Shown here in pieces: positions 21,980 through 32,345 of a stretch of DNA of 52,353 nt. Origin of the DNA: Candidatus Planktophila sp. (GTDB taxonomy: Bacteria > Actinomycetota > Actinomycetes > Nanopelagicales > Nanopelagicaceae). The DNA lies in NCBI GenBank assembly GCA_044345775.1, contig JBIJAL010000001.1:1-52353 (forward strand), written 5' to 3'. The notes beneath the pieces were generated by a model, which made no database searches, was not told the origin of the DNA, and saw only the letters and a list, made by a program, of their open reading frames with translations. The translations under genes and the position numbers were made by a program. Positions within the stretch are counted from its first letter, which is position 1. Each line of letters opens with the position of its first letter.

Positions 21980-22888
21980 CTATTTGCTCTTTTCAACTTT
22001 TGGAGCAGGCGTCCAATCAACGGCGATCACTTCACCATCGCGGTGATGTAAGACAAATGAATCACCTGGTTTGAGTTCAGCCGATAAGCGTTTAAAATTC
22101 TTCTTACCGATTAACTTCTTTACCAACTTCGGGAGTACTGGATTGTGACTGCACATCACTGAAGATTTATTTGAGAGCATCACACTTAAGGCATAATCCA
22201 GAGCCTTTTCGCTATCTTTTTCGAAACCAAATTCGCTGATCTCTGAAGAATAAATTGGCGTAATTCCATACTCTGCCGCCATTGCTTCGATTGTCTGAAC
22301 ACAGCGAATTGCATCCGAGCTGTAAATCTTTTCGATTCCATACGGAGCATAAATTGCTGGGATCTTTGCAGCCTGAATCTGGCCTACATGTTCAAGGGGG
22401 CGATCACCATCATCACCATCCCACAAATCGCGCTTGAGAGCCTTGGTATGACGAAGCAGAACGAGCGGCGTTGATCCAAAACCAAATTCGTCAGCCATAC
22501 GAACTATTTCGCGATCATCGCTATTGCTTAACTTTTCAATAGCGGCAGAGATTGAAACCCATTCAATCGCATCAACCTCCTCTGGGTTAGGTGTTGCTGC
22601 ATTAAACTGATCAGCTTCTGCCAACCAGTAGCGAACTTCCTTAGTCACACCATTAACTTCATAATCAACTGTTCCAATTTCTGGGCCGAAGATCGCTTTC
22701 ACTCCAGTTTCCTCAAGAACTTCACGAAAGGCGGCCTGGATATGGCTCTCACCTTGATCAACGCCGCCTTTAGGAAGTGACCAATCGTTATAACGCGGGC
22801 GATGAATGATTGCGATCTTTACATCGCCGCCTTCAATTGATTGCCATAACACTGCTCCTGCGCCTTCAATTCGATCAACTGTTGCCAT
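21980..22888 (-). CDS. mutT1: NUDIX hydrolase with C-terminal histidine-phosphatase-like domain (MutT1-like)
   Basis: HRPRYNDWSLPKG..GES..AA.REV.EETG Nudix box; LLRH..A and RCVQT motifs; adjacent to ppk1. Confidence 0.85.
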   Translation of the reverse strand: MATVDRIEGAGAVLWQSIEGGDVKIAIIHRPRYNDWSLPKGGVDQGESHIQAAFREVLEETGVKAIFGPEIGTVDYEVNGVTKEVRYWLAEADQFNAATPNPEEVDAIEWVSISAAIEKLSNSDDREIVRMADEFGFGSTPLVLLRHTKALKRDLWDGDDGDRPLEHVGQIQAAKIPAIYAPYGIEKIYSSDAIRCVQTIEAMAAEYGITPIYSSEISEFGFEKDSEKALDYALSVMLSNKSSVMCSHNPVLPKLVKKLIGKKNFKRLSAELKPGDSFVLHHRDGEVIAVDWTPAPKVEKSK

Positions 22889-22890
22889 TG

Positions 22891-24936
22891 TTAACCCTTC
22901 GGGTTCTCTTTAAGGTGATGCGAATGTGCATCCAAAAGTAAAGCACCTGCTTCAGAGACGCTGCAACGTTTCCATGTTTGGCCTGATAGATGCCAACTTT
23001 GTGTTTGATCTGAAAGACCTATATCCAAAATCTCTTTCAGTTGATCGATATGTGATCGATTGTGAATTCTTACAAGACACTCAACTCTGCGATCAAGATT
23101 GCGATGCATTAAATCTGCCGAACCAATCCAATATTCCTCTTCGCCATCATTAAGAAAATAGAAAATTCGTGAATGCTCAAGGAAGCGACCAAGTACTGAG
23201 CGAGCGGTGATATTTTCAGAGAGCCCAGGAACGCCAGCTTGGACAGAGCAGATTCCTCGCACGAGAAGATCAATCTTTACTCCAGCGGCCGATGCCTCAT
23301 AAAATTTTTCGACAAACTCTTCATCTAAAATTGAATTGAGTTTCAGGCGAATGTGAGCCGACTTGCCAGCACGTGCATGTGTGATCTCGCGATCGATTTT
23401 TGCGATGAGTCCGGCCCGTAATGATTTCGGAGCAACTAGTAAACGGGAAAATGTTGATTGGGGAGCAAAGCCCGATAATTGATTAAAGAGCTTGGTCAGA
23501 TCCTCTGTTAACTCGTCATCGGCGCTAAGCAGACCTAGATCTTCATACATGCGTGCCGTCTTTGGATTGTAATTTCCTGTGCCAACGTGGGCATATCTAT
23601 GGATACCGCTATGTTCATCACGAATAACGAGGGAGAGTTTTGCATGTGTCTTAAGACCCATCAACCCGTAGACAACGTGCACACCTGCTGCTTCAAGTTT
23701 TCGAGCCCACCGCACATTTGCCTGCTCATCAAAGCGTGCACGGATTTCTATAACAGCTAGGACCTGCTTACCAGATTCAGCAGCTTCAATCAGGGCTGCA
23801 ACAATTGGTGAGTCACCGGATGTTCTATATAAAGTCTGTTTAATCGCCAACACTTTTGGATCAGCGGCGGCGTGATTGAGAAAATCAACCACTGAGTGAG
23901 TAAATGAATCATAGGGATGGTGGAGCAAGATTTCACCCTGTCGCAGCGCAGAGAAGTACACATCGTGATCTTCTTCATCGATGCCAACAAGTGGTCGTGG
24001 AGTTTTTGAGGAAAAGGTTGGAAAGTGAAGATGAGCAATCTTTAGATCAGCAATCCTCGTAAGATCTTGCAAGTTAACTGGGTGACCTGAGCGAATGACG
24101 TTGAGGGGGTCAATCTCGAGTTCCTCCATCAACATATCGAGAAGTTCCTGATTAACACCAGTTTCAACCTCAAGACGCACAGGTGGACCGAATCGACGGA
24201 GTAAGAGCTCCTGCTCAAGGCTCGATAGCAAATCTTCTGATTCATCTTCATCGATTTCAAGATCTTGATTTCTCGTCACTCTAAAGACAATATGGCCGCC
24301 AATCTCCATTCCTGGAAAGAGTTGGTCAAGATTGTGTGCGATGAGATCTTCCAGCGGGATAAACCGTGTGGAGTTTTCAGTTGTGGAGATAAGGCGAGTA
24401 AGAATGGGTGGAACTTTAACGCGAGCAAAGAATTTTTCACGAGTATCTGGATTGATTACTCGTACACCTAGATTGAGTGAGAGGCCAGAGATATATGGGA
24501 ATGGGTGTGACGGGTCAACGGCAAGTGGAGTAAGCACTGGAAAGATTCTCGCTCTAAAGAGTTCTTGTAAATGCTCTTTCTCGGCGGAAGTGAGATCACC
24601 CCATGTGATGAGATTGATTCCCTCTGCAGTAAGGGCTGGGCGAATATCGTTTTCAAAGATGCGATATTGATGTGCGATGAGATCTTTAACTATTCGCGAA
24701 ATCTCAGCCAGCAGCTCTTGCGGGGCAAAGCCGGCAGAGTTTTTTATGGTGATGTTATTTTCAATCTTCCGTACAACTGAAGCAACACGGACCATATAAA
24801 ACTCATCAAGATTAGATGAAAAGATTGTCAGAAAGCGCACTCTCTCAAGGAGTGGAATATTCTTATCTTCAGCCAACTCAAGAACTCGCTGATTAAAAGC
24901 AAGCCAACTGATCTCACGATCTGTCAGATTCTCCAT
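22891..24936 (-). CDS. ppk1: polyphosphate kinase 1
   Basis: DREISWLAFNQRVL, LHHPYDSF, KTHAK, GTGNYN, GRFLEHSR, GSADLM; ATG 24936. Confidence 0.96.
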   Translation of the reverse strand: MENLTDREISWLAFNQRVLELAEDKNIPLLERVRFLTIFSSNLDEFYMVRVASVVRKIENNITIKNSAGFAPQELLAEISRIVKDLIAHQYRIFENDIRPALTAEGINLITWGDLTSAEKEHLQELFRARIFPVLTPLAVDPSHPFPYISGLSLNLGVRVINPDTREKFFARVKVPPILTRLISTTENSTRFIPLEDLIAHNLDQLFPGMEIGGHIVFRVTRNQDLEIDEDESEDLLSSLEQELLLRRFGPPVRLEVETGVNQELLDMLMEELEIDPLNVIRSGHPVNLQDLTRIADLKIAHLHFPTFSSKTPRPLVGIDEEDHDVYFSALRQGEILLHHPYDSFTHSVVDFLNHAAADPKVLAIKQTLYRTSGDSPIVAALIEAAESGKQVLAVIEIRARFDEQANVRWARKLEAAGVHVVYGLMGLKTHAKLSLVIRDEHSGIHRYAHVGTGNYNPKTARMYEDLGLLSADDELTEDLTKLFNQLSGFAPQSTFSRLLVAPKSLRAGLIAKIDREITHARAGKSAHIRLKLNSILDEEFVEKFYEASAAGVKIDLLVRGICSVQAGVPGLSENITARSVLGRFLEHSRIFYFLNDGEEEYWIGSADLMHRNLDRRVECLVRIHNRSHIDQLKEILDIGLSDQTQSWHLSGQTWKRCSVSEAGALLLDAHSHHLKENPKG

Positions 24937-24962
24937 ACGTGGCACCTTACTAGTGTTCCTGG

Positions 24963-24984
24963 GTTGGGTGAACACAAGGTTACG
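24963..24984 (-). promoter_or_regulatory. PHO-box-like 11-nt direct-repeat units at the -35 of ppk1
   Basis: Minus strand CGTAACCTTGT GTTCACCCAAC, upstream of -10 TAAGGT (24944-24949); resembles the Streptomyces PhoP GTTCACC unit. Confidence 0.55.
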
Positions 24985-25011
24985 AATAAAGGTGCGGAGA
25001 GAGAACTTCAT

Positions 25012-25788
25012 TTATAGAGGCCAGGAAGTAAGTTTAGGATATTTAGGCATACGTCCATCACCTGATGAGCGCCCACGAAGTCGACGAATAATCCACGGAA
25101 GTGCAAATACAAAGAACCAGAGAACTCCAACTGCACGCTCTTTTATCCATGGCGTTGGCTTCGCTGGTGGTAGAGGTGTACGCCACTCTGGGTCAAAGTC
25201 ATAGCCAAGTTTTTCTAAAACAGCTTCGGCACATCGGTAATGTCCTATTGAATTTAGATGAAGGCGATCAAATGCCAAGAAGCGACGGTCACTCAAGAAT
25301 CGCTCTCCATTTGCGTCCACGATGATTGCGCCTACCTCTGCGGCGACCTCGCGGATAGATCGATTGAATGCACCAAATCTTTCCTGCCAGACTTTTGATC
25401 CACGACCTTTATTTCCAGTATCTTCCAAAACTGTAAAGAGCATCACCGTTGCTCCTGTGGCAGCAAGTGCGCGCACTGCAGATTGGTACTTTTCTTTTGC
25501 TATAGCCGCATCAAAGCCTGGCCGTAGCGCATCATTTGCACCGGCGTGAAATGAGACCAAGGTATCTGGCCCGGTGACATATTGCAGAGCAATCGGTAGT
25601 TGATCATCAATTACTTGCTGCAACAACTTTCCGCGTACCGCCAGATTTGCGTAGGTAAATGCGGGCGATTTCTTAGCCAACCCGTCGGCAACACGATCAG
25701 CCCAACCACGGTATTGGCCATCTATTTTTTCATCGCTCATGCCCTCGCTATACGAGTCACCACAAACAACAAACCGGTTATAAATCAT
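25012..25788 (-). CDS. SGNH/GDSL hydrolase
   Basis: GDSYSEG, NLAVRG, GAND and DRLH blocks; start ATG 25788. Confidence 0.9.
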   Translation of the reverse strand: MIYNRFVVCGDSYSEGMSDEKIDGQYRGWADRVADGLAKKSPAFTYANLAVRGKLLQQVIDDQLPIALQYVTGPDTLVSFHAGANDALRPGFDAAIAKEKYQSAVRALAATGATVMLFTVLEDTGNKGRGSKVWQERFGAFNRSIREVAAEVGAIIVDANGERFLSDRRFLAFDRLHLNSIGHYRCAEAVLEKLGYDFDPEWRTPLPPAKPTPWIKERAVGVLWFFVFALPWIIRRLRGRSSGDGRMPKYPKLTSWPL

Positions 25789-25801
25789 TGCATTTCCCTT
25801 T

Positions 25802-26770
25802 TTATTTCTTGCGGCGTTGCTCATCCACCCAGAACATGGCAATCGCTGTTGCAACACTCGCATTAAGTGATTCAGTACTAGCCATAATTGGAATAGAGAC
25901 AACTAGGTCACACTTTTCACGAACAAGACGTGAAAGGCCCTTTCCTTCACTGCCGACAACAATCATCAGATTCTCACGCGCGACCTTCATCTCACTTAGG
26001 GTCACATCAGATTCTCCATCGAGGCCAACAACAAAGCAGCCTAATTTCTGGGCATCTTCGATAGTGCGTGCAAGATTTGTTACCTGCGCAACTCGCAAAC
26101 GTGCTGCAGCTCCTGCTGATGTCTTCCATGCCGCAGCTGTCATCGCAGCGGCGCGGCGCTCTGTCATCACAACACCGGCTGCGCCAAATGCTGATGCGCT
26201 TCGCACGATTGCACCAAGGTTTCGAGGATCAGTTACACCATCAAGTGCGATGATCATCATCGGATGGTTTGCTTGTTCTGCAATCTCTTGGAAACTTGAA
26301 TATTGATAAGGCTTAATTGCAAGGATAATTCCTTGGCTGTTGGCATTGATATTTTCAATTTCGGCGCGATGAACTTCGCGAATATTCAGACCGTGATGCA
26401 GTGCGAGTTTGAGTGATTCTGCAACGCGATCATCTACATCGATACTGCGAGCAACAATAAGTTCGGTTGCCGGAACGTTCTCACGTAGCGCTTCTAGAAC
26501 TGCGTTACGGCCAGAAACAATTTCACCTTTAGGTTTTTCACTTCGACTTCGTGGTGAAGTTCCGGCGCGAGGTGATGATGTACCTGTGCGCTTTGTTGTC
26601 CCTTTTTCAGCAGCCTTCTTACGTTTAGCGGCTGCATGGTAAGGGCGATCTTCGGCCTTAGGTGTTGGACCTTTACCTTCAAGGCGTCGCTTATTGTTTC
26701 CACCGGATCCTGATGAAGGACCCTTCTTAGATCCGCGTACCGCACCACGTGGTTTTGAATTACCAGCCAT
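25802..26770 (-). CDS. rlmB: 23S rRNA (guanosine-2251-2'-O)-methyltransferase RlmB
   Basis: SpoU motifs DPRNLGAIVRSA, GSEGKG, ESLNASVA; downstream of cysS. Confidence 0.93.
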   Translation of the reverse strand: MAGNSKPRGAVRGSKKGPSSGSGGNNKRRLEGKGPTPKAEDRPYHAAAKRKKAAEKGTTKRTGTSSPRAGTSPRSRSEKPKGEIVSGRNAVLEALRENVPATELIVARSIDVDDRVAESLKLALHHGLNIREVHRAEIENINANSQGIILAIKPYQYSSFQEIAEQANHPMMIIALDGVTDPRNLGAIVRSASAFGAAGVVMTERRAAAMTAAAWKTSAGAAARLRVAQVTNLARTIEDAQKLGCFVVGLDGESDVTLSEMKVARENLMIVVGSEGKGLSRLVREKCDLVVSIPIMASTESLNASVATAIAMFWVDEQRRKK

Positions 26771-28177
26771 TTATTTACTCTCACTTCGTGTGATCGACCA
26801 TCGTGGCCCTTGTGCGCTATCTTCAATAGTAATTCCAAGTGCAACTAATCCATCGCGAATTGCATCTGCTGCAGCAAAATCCTTACGCACACGAGCCGCC
26901 TCGCGCTGTTCTAGCGCTAATTTTATTGTGCCATCGAGCGCTGAATTCAGATCTTGTGCAGCACCAGCAGTGGCAAAGGCTGGATCAAATGGATCACAGC
27001 CCAAAACATCAAGGGCTCCGCGAATCTCGCTAGCTGATGCTGCTATTCCAGCCTTATCTCCTGCCGTGATCGCAATATTTCCAAGTCGCAGCGCCTCTGA
27101 TATTCCAGCGAGAGCTTCTGGTACTGCTAAGTCATTATTCATCGCCGCTGCAAAACCTTCACTTACAACTGGTTCTGGAAGGTGGCCGAGAATTTCCACT
27201 GAACGCTGCACAAACGTTTCAATGCGACCAAAGGCAACTGCTGATTCGGAAAGCGCTTCATGTGAAAATTCCAACATGGATCGGTAATGCGCACTTCCCA
27301 AATACCAGCGAAGTTCTATTCCGCGAACAGTTTTCAGCAACTCGTGCACCTGAAGTGAGTTACCTAAAGATTTGCTCATCTTTTCACCAGAGGCCGTTAC
27401 CCACGCATTATGTAACCAGCGCTGTGCAAAGCCGTAACCCGCCGCCTCCGATTGTGCGATCTCATTTTCATGATGAGGAAAAATCAAATCAAGTCCGCCG
27501 CCGTGAATATCAAAACTTTCACCAAGGTACGCGTGCGCCATTGCTGAGCATTCCAAATGCCAACCAGGTCGACCCGCCCCCCATGGTGTTGGCCACGATG
27601 GATCTCCAGGCTTTGCCGCCTTCCAGAGAGCGAAATCTCGCGGATCTTTCTTAAATGTTTCATCTGCATCGGCTGCACTTAATAAGTCATCAACTTTTTG
27701 GCGAGAAAGAGTGAGGTATGACGATAACTTTCGAACCTCCAAATACACATCACCATTTCCTGGGGCGTATGCAGCACCGCGTTCAATCAAGATCTGCATC
27801 AACTCAATCATCTGGGTGATGTGGCCGGTGGCGCGTGGTTCATATGTGGGAGGCAGAACATTGAGCGCTTCGTAGGCTTGAGTAAATGCCCGCTCATACT
27901 TCATCGCAACAGCCCACCACGGTGCTTGTTCATGTACCGCCTTATGCAAAATCTTGTCATCGATATCTGTCACATTACGAATAAGGGTGACGTCATACCC
28001 ACTTTTGGTAAGCCAGCGTCGCAAAATATCGAAGTTCACACCAGAGCGAACATGGCCGATATGTGGCGGTGCTTGAACAGTTGCGCCACAGAGATAAATA
28101 CCTACCTGACCTTCTTTGATGGGTGTGAAGGCAGAAGTGGTTCGCGTGAGGGTGTCATATAGATGCAGCGAACTCAT
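26771..28177 (-). CDS. cysS: cysteine--tRNA ligase
   Basis: CGATV, HIGH, GRPGWHLECS, FPHHENE and KMSKS motifs. Confidence 0.98.
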   Translation of the reverse strand: MSSLHLYDTLTRTTSAFTPIKEGQVGIYLCGATVQAPPHIGHVRSGVNFDILRRWLTKSGYDVTLIRNVTDIDDKILHKAVHEQAPWWAVAMKYERAFTQAYEALNVLPPTYEPRATGHITQMIELMQILIERGAAYAPGNGDVYLEVRKLSSYLTLSRQKVDDLLSAADADETFKKDPRDFALWKAAKPGDPSWPTPWGAGRPGWHLECSAMAHAYLGESFDIHGGGLDLIFPHHENEIAQSEAAGYGFAQRWLHNAWVTASGEKMSKSLGNSLQVHELLKTVRGIELRWYLGSAHYRSMLEFSHEALSESAVAFGRIETFVQRSVEILGHLPEPVVSEGFAAAMNNDLAVPEALAGISEALRLGNIAITAGDKAGIAASASEIRGALDVLGCDPFDPAFATAGAAQDLNSALDGTIKLALEQREAARVRKDFAAADAIRDGLVALGITIEDSAQGPRWSITRSESK

Positions 28178-28198
28178 GTGCCAAGTCTACCGTGGGGT

Positions 28199-29320
28199 TT
28201 AATTCTTAAAAATCAGTGCAGATGCAATCGCTGCAATCCCTTTTCCTTCACCTGTGAGGCCAAGTCCATCGGTAGTTGTTGCAAGCAGCGCCACATCTGC
28301 GCCGTTGAGTGCGTGAGAAAGAGCAGCAATTGCCTCGACTCGGCGCGCACCGATCTTTGGCCGATTTCCAATGACCTGTACAGATACATGAGAGATTGAA
28401 TATCCAGCAGCATTTACAAGTCGTGTGGTCTCTTGCAGTAGTTGCGCCCCACTTGCGCCGGCATATTCAGGACGTGATGTACCGAAATTACTTCCAAGAT
28501 CACCGAGATTTGATGCCGCAAAGAGAGCGTCACAGATTGCATGTGCTGCAACGTCACCATCTGAATGACCATCAACTCCAACTTCGCCAGGCCAATGAAG
28601 ACCTGCTAGATAAAGTTCACGGCCTTGCGCAAAAGCATGAGAGTCAACTCCTACACCTGTTGAGAATTCATTGGTAGCTCCAAGGTACTGCAGCGCTGTT
28701 GCTAAATCAGAAGGAGTTGTAATTTTGATTGCACGTTCTTCACCTTCTATGACGCGCACTCGTACTCCAAGTTTTTCAACGAGTGCGGCATCATCTGTCG
28801 CATCTCCACCTGCTGCATGTGCACGCTTTAAGAGCTCATAAGAAAATCCTTGTGGCGTCTGCACTCGACGTAAAGGAGCACGATCTGGAGTTGCAAGAAC
28901 GTATCCATCGCTATCTACAACTTTAACGGTATCAATCTGTGGCAGACCTGGGATCACTGCAACGTCTCCGCTATGTAGACAAGTGATCACGCGACGAGCA
29001 AGATCGCTGCTGGCGAGTGCTCTAGCTGCATCATGAACTAAGACAAATTCGCATGTAGCAGGCAGTGCAGCTAATCCAATACCAACACTCTCACTTCGTG
29101 TCGCACCACCTGTAACAACGGTTGCGCGATCACCTGCTAATTCGCGAAACTTATCTTCAAATCCGGCTGGTGCCGTGATTACGATCTCATCAACAACAGC
29201 CGAAAGCGATGCGAGGGCATGTTCGATCAGTGTGCGATCACCGCAGTTAATCAGGGCTTTAGGAATTGCTGCACCGAAGCGTTCGCCGCTACCTGCAGCG
29301 GCGATGATTGCAGCGATCAT
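28199..29320 (-). CDS. ispDF: bifunctional IspD/IspF (MEP cytidylyltransferase + MEcPP synthase)
   Basis: [25 protein letters not shown] (IspD) fused in frame to [19 protein letters not shown] (IspF). Confidence 0.93.
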   Translation of the reverse strand: MIAAIIAAAGSGERFGAAIPKALINCGDRTLIEHALASLSAVVDEIVITAPAGFEDKFRELAGDRATVVTGGATRSESVGIGLAALPATCEFVLVHDAARALASSDLARRVITCLHSGDVAVIPGLPQIDTVKVVDSDGYVLATPDRAPLRRVQTPQGFSYELLKRAHAAGGDATDDAALVEKLGVRVRVIEGEERAIKITTPSDLATALQYLGATNEFSTGVGVDSHAFAQGRELYLAGLHWPGEVGVDGHSDGDVAAHAICDALFAASNLGDLGSNFGTSRPEYAGASGAQLLQETTRLVNAAGYSISHVSVQVIGNRPKIGARRVEAIAALSHALNGADVALLATTTDGLGLTGEGKGIAAIASALIFKN

Positions 29321-29334
29321 GGTGTGACGTTCCG

Positions 29335-29754
29335 TTAGGAAGCAAGAACCTCATCGAGAATTGTTGCTGCTTTAATCTCATCTGTGTGCTCAGCAAGTGC
29401 GAGCTCGGAGACCAAAATCTGCTTTGCCTTTGTCAGCATTCGCTTTTCACCAGCGGAAAGCCCACGGTCGAGATCGCGACGGTAGAGATCGCGGACAACT
29501 TCTGCAACCTTAATAACATCACCAGAGGCAAGCTTTTCGAGGTTTGCCTTATAGCGACGTGACCAGTTTGTTGGCTCTTCTGTATATGGCTGGCGAAGAA
29601 CGCTAAATACGCGATCTAGGCCGGCGCTATCGACAACATCGCGAACACCGACGAGATCGACATTATCTGCAGGAATTACTCGAGTTTCAATTGCCTCGAT
29701 AAGAGCTGCTCCGTGATGAGGATAAACAACGGTTTCGCCGACCTTAAATGTCAT
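29335..29754 (-). CDS. carD: CarD transcription factor (internal in-frame deletion in N-terminal domain)
   Basis: [23 protein letters not shown] and VRDL motifs; 139 aa; upstream of ispD. Confidence 0.93.
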   Translation of the reverse strand: MTFKVGETVVYPHHGAALIEAIETRVIPADNVDLVGVRDVVDSAGLDRVFSVLRQPYTEEPTNWSRRYKANLEKLASGDVIKVAEVVRDLYRRDLDRGLSAGEKRMLTKAKQILVSELALAEHTDEIKAATILDEVLAS

Positions 29755-29909
29755 GTGTTGCCCTTCGCTAGACGACCAATTCTACCAGCCCTCACTGACA
29801 GATAAAACCTGAATACTTTCGTAGAAAATATGACTACTTTCACGCGTGGATACCACTTGACAATTTGGCAAGTGTCATTTTTTCCGTATAGACATGAGAG
29901 AATACCGAC

Positions 29910-30431
29910 ATGCTCCGCACATCAATTCTTATTGCATCAACGCTCGTTCTCGCATTCGCTCTTTCAGGTTGTGCAGCTGGACTTAATGCAGAGACCCGTA
30001 ACATCACTCGCGTTACTGATGGAAATGAAATTACTATTAATGAAAACGGTAGCGAGATTCGCGTAGTTAATTTGACTTTGGTTGACACTGGTGATGGTGC
30101 TGCTGTCATCGTTGGAACTATTATTAATCAGGGCTCAGATCCCGATCAATTGTTAGGCTTTTCGGTTAATGGCGTTCAAGCAACGCTCACTGGTGAGACA
30201 AGCCTTCTGACAAATAAGCCAATCTTCTTTGAAGGCGAGCAGGCCAACGCTAAGGCTGTTTTCTTCGGCGTTAACCCAAAGGCTGGAACCAATGTGAAGG
30301 TTTCCATTGGATTTGCAAAGGCTGGCTTTGTCTCAGCAGAAGTGATTATTCGTGACAAGCGCGATGACTTTAAGAATGTGATCTCTGGAAGTCAACTCAC
30401 ATCAGCAGATACAGCCACGGCTGGAGATTAA
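29910..30431 (+). CDS. lipoprotein (LpqE-like), divergent from carD
   Basis: Lipobox LSGC; synteny with carD. Confidence 0.7.
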   Translation: MLRTSILIASTLVLAFALSGCAAGLNAETRNITRVTDGNEITINENGSEIRVVNLTLVDTGDGAAVIVGTIINQGSDPDQLLGFSVNGVQATLTGETSLLTNKPIFFEGEQANAKAVFFGVNPKAGTNVKVSIGFAKAGFVSAEVIIRDKRDDFKNVISGSQLTSADTATAGD

Positions 30432-31121
30432 TTACTTACTCTCCATCTTGTAACCAAGGCCCCGAACTGTCTGAATATAAATTGGATTTGCTGGGTCATC
30501 TTCAATCTTTGCGCGCAGACGTTTGATGTGAACATCTAGCGTCTTGGTATCTCCCACATAGTCATTTCCCCAGACACGATCGATAATCTGTGTACGAGTA
30601 AGCACTCGATCGCAATTTCGCATCAGGTATTCGAGAAGTTCAAACTCTTTCAGCGGGAATTGAACGGGATCACCATTGATAGAAATTACATGCCGTTCGG
30701 TATCAAGACGCACTGGTCCCACTGTTAAAGTCCCAGATTCTGGCTCAGTGTCACCTAGATCAGAATTTCTCCGCAGGACTGCGCGAATACGAGCTACTAA
30801 TTCGCGTGAAGAATATGGCTTGGTCACATAATCATCAGCACCAAGTTCAAGGCCCACGACTTTATCGACCTCAGAATCTTTGGCGGTGAGCATAATGATG
30901 GGAACATCAGAGCGTTGACGTAATTGCCTGCAGACTTCGGTACCAGAGAGCCCCGGCAACATGAGGTCGAGAAGAACGAGGTCTGCGCCTCCGCGGTCAA
31001 ATTCCTCAATAGCTTTCGGCCCGCTGTCGGCCACAGTGACATCAAAGCCTTCGCGGCCTAGCAAATATGCCAGGGCTTCCGAAAATGACTCTTCATCTTC
31101 TACAACGAGAATTTTTGTCAT
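30432..31121 (-). CDS. regX3: OmpR-family response regulator RegX3/PhoP
   Basis: Receiver VEDE/LDLMLP, winged helix DYVGDTKTLDVHIKRLR; next to senX3 and phoU. Confidence 0.92.
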   Translation of the reverse strand: MTKILVVEDEESFSEALAYLLGREGFDVTVADSGPKAIEEFDRGGADLVLLDLMLPGLSGTEVCRQLRQRSDVPIIMLTAKDSEVDKVVGLELGADDYVTKPYSSRELVARIRAVLRRNSDLGDTEPESGTLTVGPVRLDTERHVISINGDPVQFPLKEFELLEYLMRNCDRVLTRTQIIDRVWGNDYVGDTKTLDVHIKRLRAKIEDDPANPIYIQTVRGLGYKMESK

Positions 31122-31123
31122 CT

Positions 31124-32203
31124 TTATTTCTCACTTTCATCGTTTAGTGAAGAAAGATCTTTAGCCCGCGGCAAACGCAAGGTAAAGGTACTTCCTTGTC
31201 CTTCCAAACTCCAGACGCTGATATCTCCACCGTGATTACTGGCAACATGTTTTACTATTGAAAGCCCAAGACCAGTGCCACCTGTTTCGCGAGAGCGGGC
31301 TGGATCAACGCGATAAAAGCGTTCGAAGATGCGCTCAAGATCTTTATCAGGAATTCCTACACCTTGATCTGTCACTGTGAATTCAACAAGGTCGTCGGTG
31401 CAAGTTACTGCAACACCTACGCGCGTTGATTCTGGACTGTAGTTGATTGCATTTTGAATGAGATTACTTATCGCCATATGCAGCTGGCTCTGATCGCCAA
31501 GCACAAAACATGATGGTGTATCTGCAATCACAATCTCTATCTTTCGCTTATCGGCAGATAATCGACACTCATCGATTGCAAAACGTGCAATCACTGCCAC
31601 ATCTAGAACTTCCGCATCCTGCAGCGGGTCTTCATCTTGCAGCCGTGAAAGATTGATGACTTCTTGCACCAGCTCTGAAAGTCTTACCGCTTCAATCTGC
31701 ATACGTGAGGCGAATTTCTTAATTGCAGCGGGATCATCAGATGCCTCTAAAACGGCCTCTGCCAATATTGATAGCGCACCAATCGGTGTCTTGAGCTCAT
31801 GTGAAATATTGGCAACAAAATCACGGCGCATTGAATTCAACCGTGCGAATTCAGAATCATCAAAGATAAGAATGGCAATCAAACCATTGCTGCCCATTGG
31901 CGTAACGCGAACGAGAAGATCGTGTGTTCCGCTGCCGAGGGGGCCGCGCGGAAGTTCTAGTGTCTCTTCCTGATACTTTCCAGATCGACGGACAGCGCGG
32001 ACCAAGTTAAATATTGGTTGGGAACCAATCCGCCCATCACGCAAGATTCCAAGTGAAAGTATGCCTTGAGAATTTTCAAGAACTGCATCTTGTGCTGAGA
32101 GAATGATGTACTCGGCATCAACGATCTTCAATAGATCTATCGCCTCCATTGAAATTTCTGCTTGCGCAGGGATCTCTTCGCCTCTACGACGTGGAGTAAA
32201 CAT
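31124..32203 (-). CDS. senX3: sensor histidine kinase SenX3/PhoR
   Basis: H-box ANISHELKTPI, N/G boxes, FERFYRVDPARSRETGGTGLGL; no N-terminal TM helix. Confidence 0.9.
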   Translation of the reverse strand: MFTPRRRGEEIPAQAEISMEAIDLLKIVDAEYIILSAQDAVLENSQGILSLGILRDGRIGSQPIFNLVRAVRRSGKYQEETLELPRGPLGSGTHDLLVRVTPMGSNGLIAILIFDDSEFARLNSMRRDFVANISHELKTPIGALSILAEAVLEASDDPAAIKKFASRMQIEAVRLSELVQEVINLSRLQDEDPLQDAEVLDVAVIARFAIDECRLSADKRKIEIVIADTPSCFVLGDQSQLHMAISNLIQNAINYSPESTRVGVAVTCTDDLVEFTVTDQGVGIPDKDLERIFERFYRVDPARSRETGGTGLGLSIVKHVASNHGGDISVWSLEGQGSTFTLRLPRAKDLSSLNDESEK

Positions 32204-32274
32204 GTGCCTATAGTAGAAGGGTGCGGGGGTTGGAATGTAGGCAGAAGCCCTATAGCGCCGAAGAAAGGATAAGT

Positions 32275-32307
32275 CTTCGCCTATTGTTCAGGCGCTATTC
32301 ATAAATG
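32275..32307 (+). promoter_or_regulatory. PHO-box-like repeats upstream of phoU
   Basis: CTTCGCCTATT GTTCAGGCGCT ATTCATAAATG in 11-nt phase, before -10 TAAACT (32334-32339). Confidence 0.5.
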
Positions 32308-32345
32308 TCATCCCGAATGGTGGCCAATTCAAGTAAACTTGAGGA

